From assembly GCA_018822885.1 (NCBI GenBank), contig JAHJJA010000149.1, positions 771 to 64,770 of the forward strand: DNA of 64,000 nt, in the 5' to 3' direction. The DNA comes from Candidatus Omnitrophota bacterium (lineage in GTDB: Bacteria > Omnitrophota > Gorgyraeia > Gygaellales > Profunditerraquicolaceae). A program made the position numbers and the translations under genes. Of the stretch, positions 27,853 to 36,551 are shown piece by piece. The notes below the pieces were generated by a model, which saw only the letters and a program-made list of their open reading frames with translations, made no database searches and was not told the DNA's origin. The stretch's first letter is position 1. The number at the start of each line of letters is the position of its first letter.

Positions 27853-29348
27853 CTTAAATACCTCAAAGCCAGCTCTGCCGCGTCTCTGCCGGAAACAAAA
27901 CAAGCGTGGGCTCCCCCTCCCGGGCGGGTCCAGGCGCCTGCCAAATAAAGCCCCTTTACCTTAGTTTCTTGAGAGAGTCTGTTCATTCCTGACTGCGGGA
28001 TAGTTTGGGCAAACCCGTATATCGCGCCTTCCGGAGAAGATCCATACCTGGCAATAGTCAATGGGGTCGCCACTTCCATGATCTCAATATGCTTTGAGAG
28101 CCCGGGCAAGTACTTTTCAACGCGCTCAATAAATTGCCTTGCTACCTCTATCTTCTTAATCCTGTATTCCTCTTTGGCAAATTTACTCCAATGCTGGAAA
28201 GTATCAAATGAAATAATCAGGATACTTCCCTTGCCCGCAGGGACTACACTCGGGTCGATCTGGGCATGATCTGTCAACAGCAAAGAGCACCTCTGGTAAT
28301 CTTGTTTTAAACTAAAATCGAAACTTTCATTATGATCATAGGTAGTATTAATTGAAAACATGAAATGGTCCATTCCTAATTCTTTTGCCGGAATATCCAA
28401 TCCCAGATAAACCTGGACTGCGGAAATAGATTTTTCTATTCGTGCAAGTTGTTGCGAATAATTTTTAGCAAGCAAGGGGTCATCTATCAATTCTGTCAAT
28501 GTCTCAATAGCGTTGGCGTTTGAGATCACGGTTTTTGACAGGATCTTCTCATCCCTATCCGTAACCACCCCTTTGACAACCCTGCCTTCTACAATGATCT
28601 TCTTAATAGAAGTATTAAATCTAACCTCTGAACCCTGCTCCTTGATCTTCTTGACTATCGCCTCAAAAAGCCTCATAAACCCGCCTTTAATATAAGCAGT
28701 ATGGCTATAATAATAGCCTTTAAACACCAATAAATAATACAATGCTGCCAATCTACGCGGAGGAAGCCCCACAAATCGCCAGATATCAGTAATAACAGAG
28801 GCCAGCTTAGGATCACTGATGAATTTGCTAATAAACTGCTCGACGCTTATAAGCGATGTCTTAATTAAAAGCGGGAATCGAAATGGAAGTATGAGCATAA
28901 CGATCCAACCCGGAAGTTTCAAATCGCAGAAACGATCAAACTGCTCAAAAAACTTTTTATACTCCCTGAATAATCTATCGATATTCTTGGATTCTGCGGG
29001 AAAATCTTTCTTTAACGAAGCCGCTAAGTTATCGCAGTTAAAATCCACCAGGAAATCATGGTCAGGATAAATCAGCCGGCAAAAATCCTTTAACTCAATA
29101 AACTCTACCATCTTGTCAACGCCGAATTCCTCCAAAAACTCCCGCACCTCTCCACCTTCTCCCAGGCTATCAACGCAATGGAGGCTCGACTCAAAAACAA
29201 AGCCTTTACGGGTAAAAGTAGTAGCAAGCCCTGCGCAAACCGTCTGCTTCTCTATGACCAAAACTTTCTTACCCGAGTAGGATAATTTTAAACCGGCAGC
29301 CAGCCCGCCGATTCCGGCTCCGATAATTATGCAATCATATTCTTTCAT
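27849..29348 (-). CDS. FAD/NAD(P)-dependent oxidoreductase of the phytoene-desaturase / amine-oxidase (CrtI-like) family.
   Basis: N-terminal DCIIIGAGIGGLAAGLKL ... VLVIEK dinucleotide-binding motif. 499 aa. Confidence 0.7.
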   Translation of the reverse strand: MKEYDCIIIGAGIGGLAAGLKLSYSGKKVLVIEKQTVCAGLATTFTRKGFVFESSLHCVDSLGEGGEVREFLEEFGVDKMVEFIELKDFCRLIYPDHDFLVDFNCDNLAASLKKDFPAESKNIDRLFREYKKFFEQFDRFCDLKLPGWIVMLILPFRFPLLIKTSLISVEQFISKFISDPKLASVITDIWRFVGLPPRRLAALYYLLVFKGYYYSHTAYIKGGFMRLFEAIVKKIKEQGSEVRFNTSIKKIIVEGRVVKGVVTDRDEKILSKTVISNANAIETLTELIDDPLLAKNYSQQLARIEKSISAVQVYLGLDIPAKELGMDHFMFSINTTYDHNESFDFSLKQDYQRCSLLLTDHAQIDPSVVPAGKGSILIISFDTFQHWSKFAKEEYRIKKIEVARQFIERVEKYLPGLSKHIEIMEVATPLTIARYGSSPEGAIYGFAQTIPQSGMNRLSQETKVKGLYLAGAWTRPGGGAHACFVSGRDAAELALRYLR

Positions 29349-30217
29349 AGCTTATTAAAGAAATTTATCAGTTCAGTTGCTACTTTGTCTTTATCCTTAT
29401 CTATAGTGATCATATGATAACTATTCTCAAGGATGACCAGCGACTTTTGCGTTGAGCCGATATTATCATACACATACCTTGAGTTCTTAAGGCTGGTCAT
29501 ATCATCTTCGCGGGCATGAATGATGACTATAGGAGTATTTACACTTCTGAATTCTTTTTTCGCTACTTTTGTAAAAATGTGGTGCTGGTAAAGACAAGCC
29601 ATAGGAAAAAAAGGGCTACCGAATAAAAGCACTTTTTTGTACGCCTGTTTTGCATCGGCATTCTTATAAAAACGCTCAATATTCTCCCTTAGCTCCTCAT
29701 CTTTAAGGCCATAAGGCCAGCCTTCTCTGATATCAAACAAATTGCGCACAAAAGGCATATGCCAGGTAAGCTCCATCAGGATTTTACCTTTGTGCAAGGC
29801 CCAGCCATCATAGAACAACGTTGGGGCAAGCGCTGCTATTCCTGAGACTTTTGAGGGAAATAGATAAGCCAAGTGTATAGACATTACAGCGCCCATAGAA
29901 AGCCCGCCAACAAAGACTTTTTCATGCCCTTCTTTCAGTCGGTTAAGGTCTTTTACGCAGGCATCTGCGATTTCCTGCCAAGTTACTTTCTTGAGCTCTT
30001 GAAGCGTTCCGCAGTGACGCGGCAAAACACCGCAAAAAACAGAAAAACCCGCCTGATTCAGTAACTTTGCCTGATAGCGCATCTCCGAAGGAGTGCCGGT
30101 TATCCCGTGGATAAGAAGAACAGCTTTACCGTTTCTGCCTTCCAGAAAAAAGTCGTATTTTTTTGTTTGTGCGTTTTCCATAGAGTTGGTATTATACCAT
30201 AATTTAATTAATTTCAA
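29345..30217 (-). CDS. Alpha/beta-hydrolase (carboxylesterase-like).
   Basis: Nucleophile elbow GGLSMG (GxSxG) and an HG oxyanion motif in LLIHGITG. Confidence 0.65.
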   Translation of the reverse strand: MKLIKLWYNTNSMENAQTKKYDFFLEGRNGKAVLLIHGITGTPSEMRYQAKLLNQAGFSVFCGVLPRHCGTLQELKKVTWQEIADACVKDLNRLKEGHEKVFVGGLSMGAVMSIHLAYLFPSKVSGIAALAPTLFYDGWALHKGKILMELTWHMPFVRNLFDIREGWPYGLKDEELRENIERFYKNADAKQAYKKVLLFGSPFFPMACLYQHHIFTKVAKKEFRSVNTPIVIIHAREDDMTSLKNSRYVYDNIGSTQKSLVILENSYHMITIDKDKDKVATELINFFNKL

Positions 30218-30264
30218 TTTTTTTCATTGTTGTCATTTTAAGTATTTGCTATACTAAAACTCTT

Positions 30265-31428
30265 ATGGAAATACTAGACAAAGTAGAATTCAAGATTATT
30301 GACTCCATAAAAGATATCTCCAAAAAAGATTGGGAAAGCCTTTTTGGAACAGACTCTCCTGAAGGCTACGGCTATCAAAAATCCCTAGAAGAATCCGGCA
30401 TACCCGGATTTGACTTTGGCTATGTAGTAGGCACTAGTAATAATAAAACACTAACCACCCTTCCATTCTTTATAAACGATTTCTCGCTAGGCATGTTTTG
30501 CCAGGGCCTTCCAAGAAGCCTTATCGCATCTGCACAAAAAATATTCCCCCGCTTCTTAAGGTTCAAGCTTCTTTTTATCGGTTCTCCTACTACAGAAGAA
30601 TTTAAAACCAGGAGCTTAAATAGTAGCGACCTAAATACTTTGGTAGGGCCCGCCCTAGAAATAATCCATCAATATTGTCGAGATAATAAAATAAACGCAA
30701 CCGTTTTCTACAATTTATCCGGGAATGAAAGAATATTGGCGGATTATTTTAAAACACAAGGATTCTTCTGTATGAATGGCCTGCCCAGCACTATGATAGA
30801 AATCAAAGCAAAATCGCTTGATGAATTCATTCAGAGGCTTGGCAAAAGCACACGCAAAGACCTGCGGCACAAACTAAGAAACTCCGCTCTCCAGGCAAAC
30901 CTTACCACAGAGACCAGAGACAATATCGAAAGCATTGAAAACGAAGTTTACAGCCTATACCTTAACAATTTTAACGGCTCTGATATCCATTTTGAAATAC
31001 TGCCGATCAAATTTTTCAGGGAAATCTCTAATAATATGCCCGGTGTGGCAAAATATTTTATTACCCGCGATAACGGTAAAATCGTCGCCTTTAACTTATG
31101 CCTGATAAAAAATGATACTTGTATTGACAAGTTTATTGGCTTTGACTCTGGAGTCGCGCATAAATACCATCTTTACTTCACCACACTCTCCCATAATATA
31201 GGCTGGTGCATTGATAATGGGATTAGATTTTACCAGACAGGAGCCACTGATTACCTACCCAAGGTACGCCTCGGAGCAAAATTGATCCCCCTATTGATTC
31301 TTTTTAAAGCCTTCAACCCCCTCCTACACCTGACACTGCGCTTATTCTCCGGCTTATTAAAACCGGAAAACCTCGATTCCTCCCTGAAAGAGATCTCAAA
31401 ATTCCGCAAGACCCGGTCTTACAAATAG
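30265..31428 (+). CDS. DUF482/COG3146-like (BioF2/FemAB-like) GNAT-fold acyltransferase.
   Basis: N-terminus DSIKDISKKDWESLFGTDSPEGYGYQKSLEESG resembles the DUF482 N-terminus. 387 aa. Its last 8 codons plus stop lie inside a palindromic repeat element. Confidence 0.5.
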   Translation: MEILDKVEFKIIDSIKDISKKDWESLFGTDSPEGYGYQKSLEESGIPGFDFGYVVGTSNNKTLTTLPFFINDFSLGMFCQGLPRSLIASAQKIFPRFLRFKLLFIGSPTTEEFKTRSLNSSDLNTLVGPALEIIHQYCRDNKINATVFYNLSGNERILADYFKTQGFFCMNGLPSTMIEIKAKSLDEFIQRLGKSTRKDLRHKLRNSALQANLTTETRDNIESIENEVYSLYLNNFNGSDIHFEILPIKFFREISNNMPGVAKYFITRDNGKIVAFNLCLIKNDTCIDKFIGFDSGVAHKYHLYFTTLSHNIGWCIDNGIRFYQTGATDYLPKVRLGAKLIPLLILFKAFNPLLHLTLRLFSGLLKPENLDSSLKEISKFRKTRSYK

Positions 31429-31480
31429 CCAAGACCCGGTCTTGACTTTCTATCACAATGTTAAGACCAGGTCTTGATGC
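31401..31480 (+). repeat. REP-like element with three tandem AAGACC[C/A]GGTCTT palindromes. The 48-bp core (31429..31480) recurs inverted at 33781..33840.
   Basis: Palindromes at 31408..31420, 31430..31444 and 31462..31476. 46 of 52 positions match the reverse complement of 33781..33832. Confidence 0.65.
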
Positions 31481-31599
31481 TATTTTTTTCTCCTAAGCAA
31501 GCGCTTTCTTTTTTGGCGATAATAGCATTGCATCCTTATAATGTATAATACATACTTTAAGCAAGGTCGATATTAAAATTATAATGGAGGACAGTTAAA

Positions 31600-33756
31600 A
31601 TGAAGAAAATAGCAGTCATAGGGCTTTATTTTTGTCTTTTTGTTTGTAGCGCATTTGTTATTCAAAAGGCTTTTGCCGGTGAAGACGGCCTCAGCATCTC
31701 CGGCAGTTACGACAATAGTTTTTCCGCCGATTATGATTACATATTGAATGACAATAATAGCTATGGCTCTTCTTCCAGCTATGATTACATCGCCAATAAC
31801 GATAACTTTGATTACTCCGATTCAAATTACGATTTTTTTAGTAATATCCCTGATTCACTGAGCCTTAGCATGGATAATAATAATTTTTACGCACCTTCCA
31901 ACCTTGATTACCTTAATAATGATAACTACGATTTTGCCAATTTAAATAACAACTATCTTAGTAATATCCCTGACAAATTGTCGCTTAGTATGGGAGACAT
32001 GGGCAACAATCTTTACAACGCCCCTTTCAACGATTTTGATTATTATCCCCCGGCTCAAAATTTCGCTACCGATGTTGTTTCTGTAGGGCTTGAACCGGCA
32101 GGGGCTTTTGGCGTCAGAGGTAATATTCATAATTCCCCCCCTGTCGGAATGCCTCTTGATGCTAATGATCCCTTGGGCTCTCCTATCAATAACGACACTC
32201 TTCCAACTAACCCTGGTATGAATAATCCAGCGGATTTTCCTATCAATACTAAAGCTCTCCAACGCATTGCTGCTGAAGGCTTTATGCTTCCTAAAAACAA
32301 CGTCGATAACCAATCAGATATTTCTATTAATCACGATCCGCTCTGTGGCGGAATGGATTATGATACATCTATGGCAGGCTTAAGCGACATTAACACTGCC
32401 CCTGGCCCAACTGTCGGAATGCCTTTTGACAACAACCAGCAAGCGTCTGCTTCCGTTGATTCTATGGCAGACAATCTCATCTCTATGCCGGGAGCAAGCG
32501 ATCTGGAAATTGCTTCGCTTCCAGCTGCTGATATTACATCATATCCTCATGGCGACTGTCGTTCAGCACAAGATATAGCCGCTCATCCAAGCAATTTCTT
32601 AAATACCCCGGACTTATATACAAAAAGTGCGGCCGCGCCAGTTAATGACTTATCGAAGAATACTCCAGCAACAGTGCCTGCCTATGAACAAACCGTATTA
32701 GAAACCGGTAACCGCGCGCTTGTAAGAGATCCTTCCGATCCTATTGGTTACACCGGGATAGACACCACGCCTGCAAATGATCCTTCAATGCTTAGCAAAA
32801 TAGGCAGCGGCATCGGAAAAGGCCTAAGTTATGTTTGGGAAGGTAAAAAAGGACCAGGAAATGAAGGCGGAGGTATTGCCGGCGTAATTAGCGGCGTAGT
32901 CAGCGTAGTCCCTTATGTAGCTAACGCTTCTATTACCGGGGTAGCGGGGGACATAAAAGATGGTGCCCAAAAAGTGAGTTCTCTCTGGAAAGATGAGCCT
33001 GTTGAAGTTCCAAGCGTAATACAACCCAGGGAAATCGTCCCCCCTCCATTTGTAGAGCCCGGTTCAACGCGAAAAACTACTATTCCCACTATACCAGAGT
33101 CTACTTTCACTAAAATCAACAACAAAGCCGCCGAAGTGGTTGATTATGTAGGCGAAGCTTCTCTTGTCAAAGTAGTAGGTGACATAAAAGAAGGCGTTAA
33201 GTGGACAACTGGTAAAATAGCGAACGGAACGGATTACGTAGTAGACAAAGCAAGCTCTCTTTGGTCGCAATCAGAACCGCAGACTCCGAATCCATATGCC
33301 GGATCAGAAAATTATGATATGCCGGTGCCCCAAGCAGCGCCATTTGACTATATCCCAAACACTGCAGTAACAGAACCAAACACAACCTCTACGTACAATG
33401 GAGAAAATATTGATAACATGATGAGATCTCATGATCCGTATCTTGATGACAACAGCGGAATAAATATCAATGCGGCAAATCCAATAATCGATAGAACCAC
33501 TTTAGGGGCACAAGCTCCAATCCATGACGCACTTTCACCAAGCATCGCGCAACCAAATGACACCAATGATCACATTGAGGCAGATTTTGATTTATATCCT
33601 ACGCTAGACATACAATCTGGCCCTACTGATCACTATGATTTCGTCACACCTCCAGCTCCAAGTTACAATAATCCTATCGGAGATCTTTCTAATCATCCAC
33701 TTAGATTAGATCGCCTCAAATCAGATAGCGATACGAACCCTATAAAATATTACTAA
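31600..33756 (+). CDS. Secreted, low-complexity Asn/Asp/Tyr/Ser-rich repeat protein of unknown function.
   Basis: Signal peptide MKKIAVIGLYFCLFVCSAFVIQKAFA with a GGAGGA SD. Internal repeats (SNIPDSLSLSMDNNN / SNIPDKLSLSMGDMGNN; VGMPLD / VGMPFD; GDIKDGAQKVSSLWKDEP / GDIKEGVKW...SSLWSQSEP). 718 aa. Confidence 0.7.
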   Translation: MKKIAVIGLYFCLFVCSAFVIQKAFAGEDGLSISGSYDNSFSADYDYILNDNNSYGSSSSYDYIANNDNFDYSDSNYDFFSNIPDSLSLSMDNNNFYAPSNLDYLNNDNYDFANLNNNYLSNIPDKLSLSMGDMGNNLYNAPFNDFDYYPPAQNFATDVVSVGLEPAGAFGVRGNIHNSPPVGMPLDANDPLGSPINNDTLPTNPGMNNPADFPINTKALQRIAAEGFMLPKNNVDNQSDISINHDPLCGGMDYDTSMAGLSDINTAPGPTVGMPFDNNQQASASVDSMADNLISMPGASDLEIASLPAADITSYPHGDCRSAQDIAAHPSNFLNTPDLYTKSAAAPVNDLSKNTPATVPAYEQTVLETGNRALVRDPSDPIGYTGIDTTPANDPSMLSKIGSGIGKGLSYVWEGKKGPGNEGGGIAGVISGVVSVVPYVANASITGVAGDIKDGAQKVSSLWKDEPVEVPSVIQPREIVPPPFVEPGSTRKTTIPTIPESTFTKINNKAAEVVDYVGEASLVKVVGDIKEGVKWTTGKIANGTDYVVDKASSLWSQSEPQTPNPYAGSENYDMPVPQAAPFDYIPNTAVTEPNTTSTYNGENIDNMMRSHDPYLDDNSGININAANPIIDRTTLGAQAPIHDALSPSIAQPNDTNDHIEADFDLYPTLDIQSGPTDHYDFVTPPAPSYNNPIGDLSNHPLRLDRLKSDSDTNPIKYY

Positions 33757-33757
33757 A

Positions 33758-33871
33758 CAAAAGGGGACGTTTCTATTTATTAAACATCAAGACCCGGTCT
33801 TAGCATTGAGATAGAAAGTCAAGACCGGGTCTTAATTATGTTTCAGAAAAATAGAAACATCCCCTTTTGTT
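33758..33871. repeat. Compound nested palindrome of about 114 bp. Outer arms are ACAAAAGGGGACGTTTCTATTT and AAATAGAAACATCCCCTTTTGT. The inner part is an inverted copy of the 48-bp AAGACCCGGTCTT double-palindrome element. Likely a bidirectional terminator between convergent genes.
   Basis: Read directly. Inner palindromes at 33788..33802 and 33819..33834. Confidence 0.6.
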
Positions 33872-33879
33872 TATTTCTT

Positions 33880-35067
33880 TTAAAACTTCCTTAAGGCCAA
33901 ACAGGCGTTGTTCCCTCCAAATGCGGAGGCGTTGTTAAGGGCGATATTGACTCCTGCCTTCCGCGCGACATTCGGCACGCAATCAATATCACAATCAGGG
34001 TCAGGTGTTTCGTAGTTAATAGTAGGCGGGATCATATCTGTTTTTAGCGCCATGCAGCAGGTGATTGCCTCAATAGCAGAAGCAGCTCCCATGGTATGGC
34101 CCAACATTGATTTTATCGAACTTACAGGAATATTGCGGTAATTATCCGGAAAGGCTTTTTTTATACCAAGGCACTCTTCCCTGTCGTTTGAAGGCGTACC
34201 TGTGCCATGCGCGCTGATGTAACTAACATCGCTCTTCTTTATCCCTGAATCATTGACCGCTTTTTCCAACGCATCCTTTATCCCTTCGGAAAATGGTGCT
34301 GTCATATGATGAGCGTCACAGCTTAGGCCATAGCCTAAGATCTCCGCGTAAATATTCGCCTTTCGTTTAAGAGCGCTCTCAAGCGGCTCTACCACCACAA
34401 CCCCTGCGCCCTCGCCAACCATCATCCCTTTGCGATTCTTGTCAAAAGGCTGGCATACTTTAGGCGCAACTGCCAAAAGGCGGTTAAAACCAATAAAGGC
34501 TATTCGAGAAAACGCATCAGCCCCACCAGCTAGCATAAACTCCGCCTCGCCTGCGCGGATAAGATCATAGGCATAACCAATAGCATAATTGCCGGCAGCA
34601 CATGCAGTAGGTATGACAAAATTGGGACCTTTTAATTTAAAATGATCAGCAACATTCAGAGACAGAACATTGGTAGGATATTTTGGGATCAGGCTTACGT
34701 CAATAGCATCGATTCCTTTATGGACCCAGGTATCGTTGATCACCTCAAGGACCTGTGACTCACCCATGGTCGTCCCAAGACAGATCCCGAAAGCATTCTT
34801 ATCAGAATCATTAATAGCTAAACCGGAATCCTCTAAAGCAAGCTTTGAAGCGGCTATGGCAAGCTGTGATGCCCTGCCTGGGCCCGCTGTCTTAAAATGC
34901 TTTACTTCTCCGCCAAGATGCGTCGGAAAAGCCGATGTATCAAAAGAGGAGATCTCTGAGATCCCGGATACGCCTTTAGTAAGCGCCTCCCAAAAAGCTT
35001 GCTTGCCAATCCCTATTGATGAAACAACCCCAAGCCCAGTAATGACAATGCGCTTTCCCGAACCCAT
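33880..35067 (-). CDS. Beta-ketoacyl-ACP synthase (KAS I/II family) with an intact catalytic Cys-His-His.
   Basis: PTACAAGNYA (Cys), AHGTGTPSND (His), SMLGHTMGAA (His). 395 aa. Confidence 0.85.
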   Translation of the reverse strand: MGSGKRIVITGLGVVSSIGIGKQAFWEALTKGVSGISEISSFDTSAFPTHLGGEVKHFKTAGPGRASQLAIAASKLALEDSGLAINDSDKNAFGICLGTTMGESQVLEVINDTWVHKGIDAIDVSLIPKYPTNVLSLNVADHFKLKGPNFVIPTACAAGNYAIGYAYDLIRAGEAEFMLAGGADAFSRIAFIGFNRLLAVAPKVCQPFDKNRKGMMVGEGAGVVVVEPLESALKRKANIYAEILGYGLSCDAHHMTAPFSEGIKDALEKAVNDSGIKKSDVSYISAHGTGTPSNDREECLGIKKAFPDNYRNIPVSSIKSMLGHTMGAASAIEAITCCMALKTDMIPPTINYETPDPDCDIDCVPNVARKAGVNIALNNASAFGGNNACLALRKF

Positions 35068-35502
35068 CTAATTTTCCTTCACACTAATACTAAGCTCTCC
35101 CCTGGCAACTTCTTTGTCGCTGACTTGCGCTGTTACGTTGACAATGCCTCCCGTAGAAATCAGCTTGACCGGGACTACGGTGATCCTGATCTGATCACCG
35201 GGAAAAACCGGATTCAAGAACTTAATCTTTACATTCCCCAGATAATAAGAATACTTCTTAGCTGCCTGCTCCGGTTTGGCCCCGGCAAAAAGCATTATTG
35301 AGGCCTGCGCCATTGCCTCGATTATCAAGACTCCCGGCATGACAGGCGCATCAGGAAAATGCCCGGAAAAAAACTCCTCATTTACAGAGACGTTTTTAAT
35401 CGCCACCACTTTTGCGCCCGGCTCTAATTCTATTATGCGGTCGATCATCAAAAACGGAAAGCGCTGGGGCAGTATTTTCTGGATCTCTTCTATGTTATAC
35501 AT
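35068..35502 (-). CDS. FabZ/FabA-like hot-dog 3-hydroxyacyl-ACP dehydratase.
   Basis: FPFLMIDRIIELEPG ... HFPDAPVMPGVLIIEAMAQ signature. Confidence 0.8.
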   Translation of the reverse strand: MYNIEEIQKILPQRFPFLMIDRIIELEPGAKVVAIKNVSVNEEFFSGHFPDAPVMPGVLIIEAMAQASIMLFAGAKPEQAAKKYSYYLGNVKIKFLNPVFPGDQIRITVVPVKLISTGGIVNVTAQVSDKEVARGELSISVKEN

Positions 35503-35503
35503 T

Positions 35504-35752
35504 TTAGACCGCCTTCTTTTCTAAATATTCCTTGGCCACTCTGACTGTATCGCTTAAGGTAGTTAATTGAGTAAGTTTTTCTTCAGGAATGACGATCTTA
35601 TATTTCTTTTCAACCGCAGTGAGGATCTCAAGAGCCATCATAGAATCCACTCCCAGCTCTTCAAAAAACTTTGCTTCAGGTGTTATCTCACTCGGCTCCT
35701 TTTCAATGATCTCCGCAATAAGCCCTCTTATTTCGTTTTCAACATTTTCCAT
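35504..35752 (-). CDS. Dedicated acyl carrier protein (second ACP in the window).
   Basis: LGVDSMMALEIL attachment motif. 82 aa. Confidence 0.8.
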   Translation of the reverse strand: MENVENEIRGLIAEIIEKEPSEITPEAKFFEELGVDSMMALEILTAVEKKYKIVIPEEKLTQLTTLSDTVRVAKEYLEKKAV

Positions 35753-35765
35753 AGTATCCTCTCTC

Positions 35766-35790
35766 TAAAAAAGGGGACGTTTCTATTTTT
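35766..35790. repeat. Copy of the AAAAGGGGACGTTTCTATTT motif (R2 family) in the spacer between the KR gene and the ACP gene.
   Basis: Identical 20-mer at 33760..33779. Inverted near-copy at 33850..33869. Related GGGACGTTTTC at 41572..41582. Confidence 0.4.
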
Positions 35791-35804
35791 CCCCTTTTCC
35801 CCTA

Positions 35805-36551
35805 CTACCTAATAGATAATCCGCCGTCAATAATCATAACCTGCCCGGTAATAAAACTGCTTGCCTCGCTTAGTAAAAACTTGACTACCCCCGTGACATC
35901 TTCGACTTTCCCAAAACGCTCTAAGGGGATATTCTTTATTAACTGGCCTTTATACTCCGGCTTTAAATCGGAGACCATATCAGTCTCGATAAATCCCGGG
36001 GCAACCGCATTGACCCTAATGCCATAAGGAGAAACTTCTCTTGCCAGCGACTTAGTAAAACCGATGATACCGGCTTTGGAAGAGGCGTAATTAGTCTGCC
36101 TTGCCAGGCCAATGACCCCGCTTACCGAAGTAATATTTACTATATTGCCGCTTTTTTGCTTTAAAAAAGCCACGATCGCGTTACGGCTAAGATTAAAGGT
36201 GCCTGTGAGATTCGTGTCGATGACATCCTGCCAATCCTCTTTGCTCATCATCATAAGAGCCTTATCCCTGGTGATGCCGGCGTTGTTCACGATAATATCA
36301 AGCCCGCCAAGCGTTGTTTTGACATTTTCAACCGCTTCTTTGGTCTTATCAAAATCACGCACATCCACTTGTAAGGCCAAGGCTTTTACCCCGGATTTCT
36401 CGATCTCCTTTTTCAAAGAAGCTGCTTCATCAACGCTTTTTAAATAAGTAAAAGCCACGTCCGCGCCTTCTTGGGCAAGCATCAAACAAATTCCCCTGCC
36501 TATCCCCCTTGTCCCGCCGCTGACAATCGCTACTTTGTTTTTTAATATCAT
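35805..36551 (-). CDS. SDR-family 3-oxoacyl-ACP reductase-like ketoreductase.
   Basis: VAIVSGGTRGIGRGI ... NAG ... YASSKAG motifs. Start set at the internal ATG abutting the upstream stop. Confidence 0.8.
   Translation of the reverse strand: MILKNKVAIVSGGTRGIGRGICLMLAQEGADVAFTYLKSVDEAASLKKEIEKSGVKALALQVDVRDFDKTKEAVENVKTTLGGLDIIVNNAGITRDKALMMMSKEDWQDVIDTNLTGTFNLSRNAIVAFLKQKSGNIVNITSVSGVIGLARQTNYASSKAGIIGFTKSLAREVSPYGIRVNAVAPGFIETDMVSDLKPEYKGQLIKNIPLERFGKVEDVTGVVKFLLSEASSFITGQVMIIDGGLSIR

Noticed and set aside
1066-29070. Numerous plus-strand ORFs of 60-180 aa from the six-frame track (for example 1066..1398, 1733..1990, 5309..5509, 8919..9212, 10581..10898, 16292..16567, 22868..23398, 24629..25156, 25675..25968, 28819..29070) lying opposite the long minus-strand genes.
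   Set aside because: Each is fully antisense to a minus-strand gene with strong family-level identification. They have low-complexity or Ser/Pro/Leu-rich translations typical of shadow frames, and no SD-like sequence or spacing logic was seen.
31942-33385. Minus-strand ORFs (31942..32313, 32824..33024, 32913..33125, 33064..33270, 33197..33385) inside the plus-strand secreted repeat protein gene.
   Set aside because: These are antisense shadow ORFs of a gene with a clear signal peptide, SD and internal repeat structure.
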